The notes beneath the pieces are model-generated. The model worked only from the letters and a program-made list of their open reading frames with translations. It was not told where the DNA came from and did no database searches. A stretch of DNA of 63,295 nucleotides, the filler included, from Globobulimina sp. (lineage: Eukaryota): NCBI GenBank assembly GCA_003354225.1. It is 39 parts of 39 records of this genome, joined end to end, with 100 filler letters (N's around TTAATTAATTAA, not from the genome) between each part and the next. Parts side by side here need not be neighbours in the genome. Positions count along the whole stretch, not along the records: positions 11,389 to 12,914 come from PIVH01015294.1; positions 13,015 to 14,540 come from PIVH01015295.1; positions 14,641 to 16,166 come from PIVH01015296.1; positions 16,267 to 17,792 come from PIVH01015297.1; positions 17,893 to 19,418 come from PIVH01015298.1; positions 19,519 to 21,044 come from PIVH01015299.1; positions 21,145 to 22,670 come from PIVH01015300.1; 32 more parts are not named here. One strand, given 5' to 3'. Each line of letters opens with the position of its first letter. Positions within the stretch are counted from its first letter, which is position 1. Made by a program: the position numbers and the translations under genes. Positions 11,389 through 22,770 of this stretch are shown in pieces.

Positions 11389-12914
11389 GCAGTGGTCAAC
11401 CCCTTTAATATTTCCAGGAGGGTTAATGCACAATTACAAAACTGTTTATCCCATAGAAAAGTTGCTGGAAGTTCATAGTTAAATATTAGGGCAAAACGGC
11501 TCAGCAACAAACAAGAATAAAAGTAATTTTATTCGGTTAATTTTCGGTCATCACCTGTGACCTTCATCAGACCTTAAAATACAAATATTATAATCAAGTC
11601 AACTTTCTCAATAACTACAAAAACTTACATAAAATAGACGATTTAAAGTGCAAAAAACGGAAGGAGGAAAGCACTATATCTTAGACATTAGTTAGATAGA
11701 TGCACACGACAGACAGTCACAAATAGGACAGAGAGATCAAATAATGATACAAGAGACTATCAGAGTCTATAATTAGGGTCGTAAATCAATGGATAAAATG
11801 AGAGAATGTAGGATGGGTTAATCCTGTCGACAAATTTATGGTATCATTAGAATCTATTAAAATCCCTTCTTTGGCTAGGAGCTGTGAAGAACGACTCTCC
11901 TTTGTTTTGATAACAATTGAATTTTCTTCAAATGCATGCGCACGTTTTCCATTGTCTTTTGTATAAAAGTAACCAATCTTGTGGCCAGTTTTAAAAATAT
12001 GGGAATACAGAGCATTGTTTTCTTTTTGTTTTAAGATAGCTTCTGAATGTTCACGCAATCGGATAGATAAATTTCTTTCAGTTTTGCCAATGTAAACTTT
12101 CTTACAATCAGAGCATTTTATCTGATAAACTACGTTCTGTTCGGAAAAAGGCTCACAGTCAGGGGAATTCTTTGTCCAAAGTTGTCCTAATGTACCACTC
12201 TTTTTATAGAAAATTTGGATGTTAAATCGGTGTAAAAATCGACCCAGTTGTTGGGAAAGTTTTGGAAAATATGGAAGACCAATTCGTGGTGTTTTCTTGT
12301 CAATAGGTTTCCTTTTACAACCAATTGGATCAAGTTTAGATTGGATCAAGGCAGTTGGAAAACCACAATTTTGAAATGCTGAGCATAGCTCTTCTTTTTC
12401 GGTGATCAGGTTCTGGAATGTTGATGAAATTTGATGTGCTCGACGTGCTAAACATTGAATTGTTCCGACTTTTTGGTTGGTTGGTTGGCAAGATTTGTAG
12501 TGAATATAGCGATTAGAATGAGTCGGTTTTCGATAAACTTTGATTGACAGTCCATCAGTATTTATTGAAAGGTTGCAATCCAGAAATGGAAGTTTTCTTT
12601 CATTTTCAAAATCGGCCTTGAATTTTATCCTTTTTAAAGAATCATGCAAATTAAATTCGTCAAGTATCGTTTTTAGTTTTTCCATATTTTCGGCTAGGAG
12701 GAAGCAATCATCAACATATCTTGCATAATACAAAATCGCACAATTTTCTTTACATAATATTTCATGTTCAAACTCTTCCATGAATAATCCAGCAAGCAAA
12801 GGAGATAATTGGGATCCCATAGGCAATCCATATGTTTGTCTATAAAATTTGTTGTTGAATGTAAAGAGTGTGGCTTCAATGCAGATTTGGACAAAGCAAA
12901 TAATTCGGTCACTA
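11389..12914 (-). mobile_element. Penelope-like retroelement, 3' part (RT C-terminal half, GIY-YIG endonuclease and 3' region)
   Basis: Frame open 12914 to 11786: FYRQTYGLPMGSQLSP, YARYVDD, LPFLD, VYRKPTH, then VVYQIKCSDCKKVYIGKTERNLSIRLREH. Confidence 0.95.
11535..11573 (-). ncRNA. Minimal type-I hammerhead ribozyme motif in the PLE 3' region
   Basis: Minus strand GGU-CUGAUGA-A-GGUCA(CAGGUGA)UGACC-GAAA-AU-UA-ACC: intact core, 5-bp stem II, GGU/ACC stem I, palindromic AAUU in place of stem III; AATAAA follows at 11528-11533. Confidence 0.82.
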
Positions 12915-13014
12915 NNNNNNNNNNNNNNNNNNNNNNNNNNNNNNNNNNNNNNNNNNNNTTAATTAATTAANNNNNNNNNNNNNNNNNNNNNNNNNNNNNN
13001 NNNNNNNNNNNNNN

Positions 13015-13770
13015 GATTAATATAAAATATAAGCCATACTTTAGTAACACTTCTTTATTTTCAATTTTATCCTCCTCCATTTGTAACTGTTGGATCATTT
13101 GTTGAATTTTGGCATTTTTATCCGCGACTGCTTCAATTTGCTCATCCAATGTCTCCATTTTCTCATTTTCAACTTTAAAACTTCGAATTTTCAATTTCTT
13201 GGCGGCGGATAATTCTTTATATCTTACCTCCAGATTCTTTTTCCGCTCATTATACACAAATTCCTTATCATTTATCTTTAATTCCAATGCTTGCTTCGCC
13301 ATTTCTTCTTCATTGTAGCTTCCCTTTCCACTCTCAACCGCATCGCGGTCAATAATCCCAACCAACGCCGAGCCGGAAACGTTTTTGTCTCTCCGAACCT
13401 GCTGCGACTCCATTTTGACTCTTTTATAATGCAATTAAAGCTGTCACAATATATATATACATATAAATATACCTTAAACTCTCCAGTCGTTTCTCTTCTT
13501 CTTCAGCAGTCTCTATATTTTCATCATCCTTACTTTTGCTGGCCACATTCTGCTTTGCTCCGCCACCAATTTTAGTCATTATGTCACCATACTTTGCCGA
13601 TAGTTTATTTTTTGCCGCTTTTGGCTTCCTCGCGATCGGGATACGCCTCATTCGCACCGCCTTTTGCTTCACCAACGTCATCAGTGCCGAATGCGATATG
13701 CGCTCTGAAATTGAAGCCGTACTCTAATAAGGTAGCGTCCACATAACTTTCCTTTGTATTAAACCGCATA
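13015..13770 (-). CDS. Hypothetical coiled-coil protein, exon structure uncertain
   Basis: Three overlapping ORF pieces; probable intron with donor near 13472; K/E-rich coiled coil. Confidence 0.45.
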
Positions 13771-13880
13771 TTGGACTGTTTCGCATATTGTCGCGTCAAC
13801 TGATAATTTGAGGAGACATTATTAATTAAATAATCTGACTTTGCTTCCGGTTTTGAACAACTTTTTTTTGGCTCCGTCAG

Positions 13881-14540
13881 ATGGACAAACGAAGGACACA
13901 AAAAAAATCAAATAAAGCATTTAGAATTGAAAAGCCACTGTTTTATCAAGATATATTAGCAGATATAAAATATGACATAGATTTTGCAAAATTATCAGAA
14001 AAGGAATTATATGAAAACGTTTCTTATCCAAAAGCTAGAGATATATTAATTGAAAAATATGAGCATAATCCATCATTATGGTTGCATCAATTCCATAACA
14101 GTAAAATACCAAAAATCAAAGCATCATTACGACAATTAATAGGGAGACAAACTTTAAATGCTTTAAATAAAGAAAAATATTTACCCACATCATCACCAGC
14201 ACCAATTACTACAATCACACATAAAACGCTTGCAACAATTGCTCGATCAACAAAATATTATCGAGAGAAAGATATCCCATCAATGGACATTAAATACGAT
14301 AACAATGAAGAAAAGAAAGAAAGCAAAGAGTCAAATCCGTCAATCAAAGAGAATAAGAACATATTTTGTATAAATGCCGACTGCGTTGATGTTGGATGTT
14401 CATTACATAATCGTGGCTATAATCCGATACTGTTAAATATGGCAAATGGAGATCATGCTGGGGGTGGATGGGAAAGAGGTTCTGGTGCGCAAGAAGAGAA
14501 TTTATTTCGTAGAACGAGTTACGTTGCTTCGCTGTGTAAC
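13881..14540 (+). CDS. Microbial-type PARG macrodomain protein (DUF2263/TIGR02452-like), 3'-truncated
   Basis: LLNMANGDHAGGGWERGSGAQEENLFRRTS contains the PARG GGG-x7-QEE catalytic loop. Confidence 0.88.
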
Positions 14541-14640
14541 NNNNNNNNNNNNNNNNNNNNNNNNNNNNNNNNNNNNNNNNNNNNTTAATTAATTAANNNN
14601 NNNNNNNNNNNNNNNNNNNNNNNNNNNNNNNNNNNNNNNN

Positions 14641-16166
14641 AGTTTTCCCGGTACCCGCAGGGCCCGCTGGGGCGCCACCAAAAAACATACCGCACGCTTG
14701 GGTCAATGTGATGTAACAGCGATCCGTTAGCGGTGTCACAACCAATCTTTCCTTACAACCTAAGTACTCCCAGCAATATACAAAGGACACATCGGCGATT
14801 TGCACCCGACAGAGCCGCTCCTCGTCGCTCCAATAACATCGTAATTGTTTCTGCCATTCAAAATCGTCAATACCACCTTCAATCTGATGCTTTTTGTATT
14901 TCTCCACTATGGAATCTAGCACATCCTTCTGATGCACTTGTATAGTAACCAAGGTTTCTATATTGCGGCGTTTCATTTTCTGCGGGATCTCCTCCGTAGT
15001 CATCGACGCCAATAATATCAAGACGTCATTTTGTTTCTGCTGCACAATGCGGATCGCTTCTTTGTCGTTTTGATTGCAGGCCGCGGTCAATGCATCTTCC
15101 ACTTGCGCAGTCCACAAGAATTGGATCGCTAATAACGAACATTGCGCGCAATGTTTATCAATCAGAGTGCCAAAATCTAACTTATCGATCAGCGTATCAT
15201 ACGCAGATTGCTTGATTTCGCGATGCATTGTTCTCCGCATCTCCTTCTCTAACTTCCCTAGCCATTCTTCAATATTTCCATTGGTAGACACCGGTTTACT
15301 TAATTTCAACACTTCTTTGTCAGTCACGCCTTCGTAGCCGGCAGACAGTGATGAAAACGCCACAATGTTGGATTTGTCATCAAAGGTCACTCGACCAATG
15401 CTGTCAAATACTTTGGCAAAGCACGATTGCACGGCAACTTTATCCGAGCCCTGCGACAAAATCAGCAGCAATGCAGGGTTGGAAACAAAATAAAAGCGAG
15501 GGAATGTGTTACGTTTTGCTTCTAAATATCCATCCAATGCCTTTTGACATTGTTCTAAATCAATCATCATCGACGGCAGTATATTCTTCATATATTCATT
15601 CTGGCAGCACGCGATCACACCGTTTAGCTCTTTTGCTTTGGACATGAATCTGGAGCACCATTCTTTGTCCACCTTCAAAAAAGTACGAGTGTCCTGCGGC
15701 ATTTGTCGGGCAATGTCGCCGGACGTAAACACAGATTCTAACGACATCCATAATTGTTGCAACTTTATCCATCGTTCCAATATGTCATTGACGTCGGATA
15801 AGGTGGACAGCAAAGCTTCGGCGTCGGGGCGGAACGGTTTGACGTGTTTCATAGTTAACATTTGGTTCAAATTCGCCATCGACTCTTCTAACTTTTCAAT
15901 CAGTTCATTGACAATGGAGCCCTTCAAAATAACCTCGCCGCGCGCCTTAAAGCTGGCAAATTCAAATATTTCCAAATCCCAATCTTCTTTGATTTTCTTT
16001 ATCTCGTTTTCAATACGTAATTGTTTGTCGGCGCCGTCGCAGATTTCCTCGATATCCTCGATGAATTCCAAGATGTTACTATCTAAGATATGCGATAAGA
16101 GCAACTCATCAAAGTTAGTATAATCGTATTTGGTGGCGGTGATCGCAGAGATTTCCTCCCAATGTC
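14641..16166 (-). CDS. Axonemal dynein heavy chain (outer-arm gamma/DNAH5-8-like), linker to AAA1, internal fragment
   Basis: GDIARQMP, FPRFYFVSNPALLLILSQGSD, DFEWQKQLRCYW, EYLGCKERLVVTPLTDRCY, GPAGTGKT. Confidence 0.93.
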
Positions 16167-16676
16167 NNNNNNNNNNNNNNNNNNNNNNNNNNNNNNNNNN
16201 NNNNNNNNNNTTAATTAATTAANNNNNNNNNNNNNNNNNNNNNNNNNNNNNNNNNNNNNNNNNNNNAAAAATAGAATTAAATACAAGTATAAAACCAGCT
16301 ATATGGTGTTCATAATTTCATAATCAATCAAAAACGTTTAATGAGCAATAGATTCTGCCAGATTGAATTTATTATATTGTGATTGTGTGAATAATTAAAT
16401 GATATGGCTACTAAACGATTGTTTTCGTTGGTTAGTTCAGTTGTCCTTAACTACGATCAAAATAATGGGTAAATGGTCCCTATGCCTTGGGATGATCGGA
16501 ATTTATGTTAAATCCAAACGGTAAAAATGGTGTATCAGAAAATGTAATATTTGAATCTCAAGGAATAAAACTAAAGTAAGCATACACAAAACAACAAAAC
16601 GAATCTGTCGGCTGAATTATTATACAGCACACAATGGCACACACCAAACACACATACAATTATATACTTGAATTAT

Positions 16677-17792
16677 TTAATTTGGTTGTTTTTTATGAGT
16701 ACCATTGTGGTGTTTATGCGTGTGTTTATGACTTCCCTTTCCATGACTGCTGCCATGGTGTTTATGACCTCTTTTATCCTTATCATGACTTGATTTCTTT
16801 CTATGACCACTTGATTTTTTCCTTTTATCCTTCTCTTTCTCTTTCTCTTTCTCGTCGAAGCCGCCTCTATAACCAGCAAACGACACTGATGGCATTTGTT
16901 TGAATAAATCCGGCATCCAATCCGGCTTCTCCTCAAAATTCGGATGCAGATTCAACAAAAACTCTTCATACTACACATATGCAACAAAACATATAAATAA
17001 AATATATTTATTACGCGATTTCGCACAGTTACTTAACATCAATCACTCCATTCTGATCAAAGGATTGTTCCTCAATCAATTTAATGGCATCGTCCCACTC
17101 CCCCAAAGGATCAATTTCTTTCAACTTTTGTTTCAATTCTTTGGTCGTTATCTTCCCATCGTTGTCCTCGTCCAATTTCCGAAATGCATCGTACAGCCGC
17201 TCATCGCACGCAATTAAATAGTCGTAAACCAAGGCATTCAGCAAATCGCTGAACTGAATCCCGATTATATTGTCATACGAGCCATTATAATGCTGCGTAG
17301 TGGTCAACTGTTCATAGATTCGTTCCAACTGCTTATGGTCGATCTGGATGTCTTTAATCGACGCCAATGCATTCTCAAACTCTGCAAATGATAAAATCCC
17401 ATCATTGTTAGTATCGAATTGGATGAATAACTGTTCCAATTGGTGGAAATGTTCCGGCCTCATTTTATAAAACTGATTGCGAAATATCTTCGTGATCACC
17501 AATTTGAAGTGACACACGTGGTTGAAACCAAATAGCCGCGAAACAATATGCTTATTCAGATCCGCATCGTCGTAATTGGCTCGATTTACAATCCATGGAT
17601 GGGTCAGGGCCTCCTTCGCCGTATATCGCTTCCGCACTTTGCTTTGCAACAACTTTGAAATCAAATCCTTGCCCTGGGCCGAGGTCTTGATATGGTCCGG
17701 GAAACAGGGGACATAGCCATAGATGGAGGTGTCCCGAATGGTGGGATTGAAGCCCTTCACGATCTTGTCGTAGATTGCTTTGCGTTCATTGT
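16677..17792 (-). CDS. Calcium-dependent protein kinase, C-terminal part with EF-hands (intron 16971-17037)
   Basis: KDLISKLL...RYTAKEALTHPW; EF-hands DTNNDGILSFAEF, DEDNDGKITTKEL and DQNGVID|YEEF; His/Lys-rich tail. Confidence 0.88.
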
Positions 17793-17892
17793 NNNNNNNN
17801 NNNNNNNNNNNNNNNNNNNNNNNNNNNNNNNNNNNNTTAATTAATTAANNNNNNNNNNNNNNNNNNNNNNNNNNNNNNNNNNNNNNNNNNNN

Positions 17893-19211
17893 CAGTTTCT
17901 TTGGTGACAGAATGCAAAACTTGTTGGGGTTTTTCGACTAGGCAACGTTCACGCTGCTTGTTCAGCACACTTTTGGCAGTCGGTTGAAATGGTTTGGTTT
18001 TGTCCTTGCTGTTGCCATGTGCCTTTTGCATAAACTCATATGGAGTACAAGACCATTCATATATGACGATAGCCCAGCCAGGGTCTAAAATTTCGCCAAA
18101 GTATCCGAGAAATATAGTTTTTCTAAATTGTTTTGCAACAGGATGGCGGTAATATGCTCGAACTCTAACAAACAAGTCAAATTTTTCCAATTCTTTTAGT
18201 CCTTTTTTATTCTCGTTAAGCTTCTTCAGACAATGTGAGTCCTTTTCAATAGCATAATAGCTCTTTGAACCAGAACATTTTCCCCATTTACCATATGCGT
18301 CTGTGTTTATGTCATCAGGGTGCGATAATTTTTTTAAATCCACCAAGTATGTAGCAGCACGCCCAGGACAAATTTGAGGGACAGATGAGCAAATCTTATC
18401 AGGCATATGGTGTGCATCAAAAGCCATTATACATGCAACATCCATATAAGAAGTGTCAATGGTTACATTGTCCAATAAAGGCAACTTTTGGGGGTCCTGA
18501 AATTAAATCAATTTACCTAATCATCATACGTGTGCACGGGCCTGTAAAAAGCCCAGCCCGTGAGCTGGGCCAGGCCGGGCCTGAAAATTTTCTGGCGTTC
18601 CTGGCCACCAAAATCATGGTCCGTGTACACCTCTACTAACCATAGATCCAAAAAAAACAGGTTAACTGAAAACCTACATTTAATAGTTGTTCGTTTCCAT
18701 GTGAACTATTATTGGAACGAGTGCTTGTGTCTAATTTGCGAACGACAGTAGAATGGCTGACGAAATCACTGTCTGAGTCCGAGGAATGAATTTGTGAAGC
18801 GTCAGAACGATTGGTTGACTTATTAGGAGCCGATTTGCAGCGTGTATGATCTGGAGGAGTGTTTCGATCACACAGCCTTTTCTCTGGTGGAGATGTCCTA
18901 CAACAAGATATATGTATATCGTATATTTAATATTTATATGGAAAATGTGACAAAGAAATGTCACCTTTGTTGTTCAGGACTTATGGTGAGATCGACATTA
19001 ATTATTGGAGATGTATTTAACATCGACACAGAAGCCACACGTCTAATCGGGGTACTCGTTTGAAAATTATTCAATAACTCTGGTTGTGGTGCGTCGTCGT
19101 CTAAAATTAAGTAAGTGGCAGGAAATAAAATAGTTTTCAAAAATAATTTCCTTAAAATTTACCATCGATAATTAAATTTTCGTCGTTTTTTTCCGAATTT
19201 TCAGAATCCAT
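17893..19211 (-). CDS. Spliced gene, probably the N-terminal region of a MULE-like transposase (4 exons; third intron 18497-18677)
   Basis: Three GT-AG introns give a continuous frame from ATG 19211 (MDSENSEK...) into DDINTDAYGKW...YYRHP..FRKTI...HGNSK...PFQPT, a pattern I associate with the region upstream of MULE DDE domains. The catalytic domain is not on the contig. Confidence 0.55.
18525..18635. mobile_element. hAT-type MITE, 111 bp, inside an intron
   Basis: Imperfect TIRs CATACGTGTGCACGG...CCGTGTACACCTCTA, internal GGGCC/GCCC motifs, 8-bp TSD CTAATCAT (18517-18524) / CTAACCAT (18636-18643). Confidence 0.75.
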
Positions 19212-19370
19212 TGCTCTTTCTGAATTTATTACACTAATTTTAACCAACTATTAAACAAAGACAAATAACTTAAAATTTCAAGAAAACAAAATTAGCGCAC
19301 TATTTTAGTTGTGAAACATAGAAAGCCATTCCAGAACTGGCTGTAAGTTAGAATAACGTTCTATTCGACA

Positions 19371-19418
19371 GCCGGCGCGCCGTGGCGCGTTGGCGCGCCA
19401 TGGCGCGTCCTTTAGTTA
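19371..19418. repeat. GC-rich GGCGCG tandem block, possible transposon terminus
   Basis: Four GGCGCG units at the contig end, about 160 bp upstream of ATG 19211, in an AT-rich background. Confidence 0.55.
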
Positions 19419-19946
19419 NNNNNNNNNNNNNNNNNNNNNNNNNNNNNNNNNNNNNNNNNNNNTTAATTAATTAANNNNNNNNNNNNNNNNNNNNNNNNNN
19501 NNNNNNNNNNNNNNNNNNATTCATTGTAATCACAGGCATCACGTAGGTTTTCATCTGTTATCCAAAATAATTCCAAATCTTCATCACCATCTTTTTTGTC
19601 ATCTTTTTCATCATTTATTTGGGCGTCTTTAGCTGTATTTATTGTGATTGTGTGGAGCAACTCATCGACAAGACTGAGTGCCATGAATTTGCATTTTGAA
19701 CAGGCTTCCATATTTGCAATATTTCTTACTCTGCCACTAACAGCAGATTTTCTTGCCAAAAGTAGTTACATTCGTCTTTCTTCGCAACAACGTTCAAACA
19801 GACAAAGCATTATAGTTAAACTATGACACAAAACAAAAACAAAAAAAGTAGACATAATCGAATAGTAATAACATAAAGAAAAAAAAATATTATAAGAAAG
19901 AATTGTCATTTGATAGAAAGAATAAAAAAAAGATTTGCAGAATCAA

Positions 19947-21044
19947 TTAAAGTCTATCACGTTTGTTTGGTTTCTTTGGTTTCCGATTTCCCCATCTTTT
20001 ATATTTCTTATCATCAACATCATCGTTATCCTGATGCTCCGACAACGCCGCTAACTCCATATTATCACCAGGCACCAAAACATGCGCAATGCCCATTTCC
20101 ACAGAGTCATCGCCCGAATCCTCATCAGCCATTCCTTTATGCGGTGCATCCGATAACCGACTATACCTTCCACAACAAGCCACATTCCAACATACATCGG
20201 TTATCCCCTTTAACCAGCCGCACCAACATAAAATACCACAGCACAAACAGCCAAATATGACAATCACGGCCAACATCAAAATATCCACTTCAATGGAGGT
20301 CGGTCCTTCCGGTCCAAATATTGATTGATATATGCGCTTATAATACGGTTCAACTTCACTCTCAGCCCCAGGGCCCGTCGTAAATATTATATTAATGGTT
20401 GGCGGCGGCGTTGGTTCTTTTGCTAATAACAGCTCATAATAAAAATCATCCGTACATTCTCCGTCAATGATTTGAACAGAATCAGAATGCTCCGCTCCTG
20501 CTTCCATACCAAACTCTGCATTTATACATTCATCGTAAGAATCAAAATGAAATTGTGTGATTTCATCTGGTATTCGCGGATCGTACTCGTTATACACATA
20601 AACCATGTCACCCCAACGTTTGTTATTTCCTCCAGTATATTGTAGACAGATATTAATAATAAATGTATATTCTGCCACAAACCCTTGTTTTGTGCAATTG
20701 TCACCGTGTTCATCACCGTTATATTGTAATACTGCAATTATATCACAAACTTGATTATTGTCTTCAAAACAATGGGTTTCGCCTTCTGCGGGTTTGGCTT
20801 TATAGTCAGAACCGTCACAAAGTTCATCTGTATACCATTCCGTTTGCATAAATTTCCCATTTTTACATTGGTATTTTTTTGAGCCTGTGTTGTGTGAATA
20901 ACATTTATTTTCAAGAATGGTGGAATAAACATCCATCAATGTATCTTGCCGCAGCATATAATTACAAATATCTGAGGTTGGAGCATCTTCATCGATGCTT
21001 TCGGACCCATTCGTTGGAGCAAGTGTTGTTTCTTCAACAATGTA
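19947..21044 (-). CDS. Cys-rich type-I membrane protein, 5'-truncated
   Basis: Cys-spaced ectodomain repeats, PTPPPT stalk, TM helix followed by a Cys cluster, charged tail. Confidence 0.75.
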   Translation of the reverse strand, partial: YIVEETTLAPTNGSESIDEDAPTSDICNYMLRQDTLMDVYSTILENKCYSHNTGSKKYQCKNGKFMQTEWYTDELCDGSDYKAKPAEGETHCFEDNNQVCDIIAVLQYNGDEHGDNCTKQGFVAEYTFIINICLQYTGGNNKRWGDMVYVYNEYDPRIPDEITQFHFDSYDECINAEFGMEAGAEHSDSVQIIDGECTDDFYYELLLAKEPTPPPTINIIFTTGPGAESEVEPYYKRIYQSIFGPEGPTSIEVDILMLAVIVIFGCLCCGILCWCGWLKGITDVCWNVACCGRYSRLSDAPHKGMADEDSGDDSVEMGIAHVLVPGDNMELAALSEHQDNDDVDDKKYKRWGNRKPKKPNKRDRL

Positions 21045-21144
21045 NNNNNNNNNNNNNNNNNNNNNNNNNNNNNNNNNNNNNNNNNNNNTTAATTAATTAA
21101 NNNNNNNNNNNNNNNNNNNNNNNNNNNNNNNNNNNNNNNNNNNN

Positions 21145-21768
21145 AATCTCTGTATCCCGTTTCCAATATATTCCACTTCTTACACTCCCATTTTCATCCA
21201 AAAATAAAGCGTGATCTCTTCCTAATGCTATTTTAAACGTTTTTTGTTTATTAAATTTATGAAATTTCCTGCGTTCTTTAATATTTTGGGAGATATTAAA
21301 CCCATAAATTGCAGTTTGCATATCAAAAATTATTAAATTTTCTACACACAAAATTATACCCCATTTACCATTATATTGAATATCTATAACATTTGTAGGA
21401 GCATGAAATGTTACATTCATTACGTTTGGATTACCATTCACTGTTCGGTAACAATTCAAAAACTTTCCATTTTTCGTTTTTACCCAAAATACTCCTTCAT
21501 CATTTAGGTTGGTGTAAACATCATTGCATTTGTTGATTGTCATTTGTTGCCAATTGTGATTCAATTTGGGTAATTTGTCATCACCGAACGTATAATGAAT
21601 GTGGTTATCAGTGGAATATATTGAGAAATTTAAACCATTTTGAATCGTTGACACATACTGTTCTTTCATCAAATCTTTGATGTACTGTTTGCCATTGGTG
21701 TACACATAGGTTGCAACAGTTGTGGTTTTTGGCTTTTTCTGTGTGTTAATGCTGTCCAATGTGCCCAT
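21145..21768 (-). CDS. Divergent RCC1-repeat protein with possible N-myristoylation (MGTLDS), 3'-truncated
   Basis: KIALGRDHALFLDENGSV is an RCC1-repeat signature. Confidence 0.6.
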
Positions 21769-22011
21769 GCTTCGATCGAGTTAGTAATGGTGCTAAAAAA
21801 CATTAACATAAATGCATGGATCTATGTTTATATTAAACCAGATCACCACAACCAAAAGTATATATTTCAAGCAATAAAACAGTTACAGAAGCATCGTGCA
21901 ATAAAATATCATAATCAAATGAACTCTTCATAATCATGATATAATACCACGCCACGACTGGCAATTATACCTTCTTCGCATTGAAGGTAATATATACATA
22001 TTTTGATTATT

Positions 22012-22670
22012 ATGCAAGAAAATGATTTACAACAACCTCAATCAACGGATGATGATCAGTCCTATGATTTGTCGGATTTCATCGGAACACTGATGGAGGA
22101 ATTGCAAGAAGACATTCATCCGTTGTATTCGACAACAAATCTATCTCAAACTACTCCACTCCTAAAACCAGAGCCGACACCAAATCAAGATAGCAATCAG
22201 CCACAACGTATGTTATCAGAAAATAAAGAGCTAGTTCATGGAAGTGACGATGACAATGTTGGTTCAAACGAACATCCACATTCTCATAAAAGATCGCCAC
22301 TTTCACAAAATGCTAAAACTGACAAACTAAATTACAAACATTGTAAGCGTTTGTCACCCGACGCTCCGCAATTTGTCACCATAAATCCGAGCAAAGTTCA
22401 CGACATATGGTCTCATACACTGCGGTCACGCGAAGATAGCCACAATCACTCAATAAATAGAAATAAGAGTCCACACCGTGACTCTAATAATGGTGTTTGG
22501 GATAAATTATATTCTGACGCTGAAGCCATGCGGATAAAAAAACAACAATTGAGACAAAAACATATGCAAAATGTCATTGAAAAAGAACAGAAATCTCTAC
22601 AAAATTCTCAAATATATAGAAATTCTCAAATATATGATCATGATCACGATATACAGTATGATGATGACAC
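22012..22670 (+). CDS. Hypothetical disordered protein, N-terminal part
   Basis: Open for about 220 codons to the contig end; contains a VWDKLYSDAE helix. Confidence 0.6.
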
Positions 22671-22770
22671 NNNNNNNNNNNNNNNNNNNNNNNNNNNNNN
22701 NNNNNNNNNNNNNNTTAATTAATTAANNNNNNNNNNNNNNNNNNNNNNNNNNNNNNNNNNNNNNNNNNNN

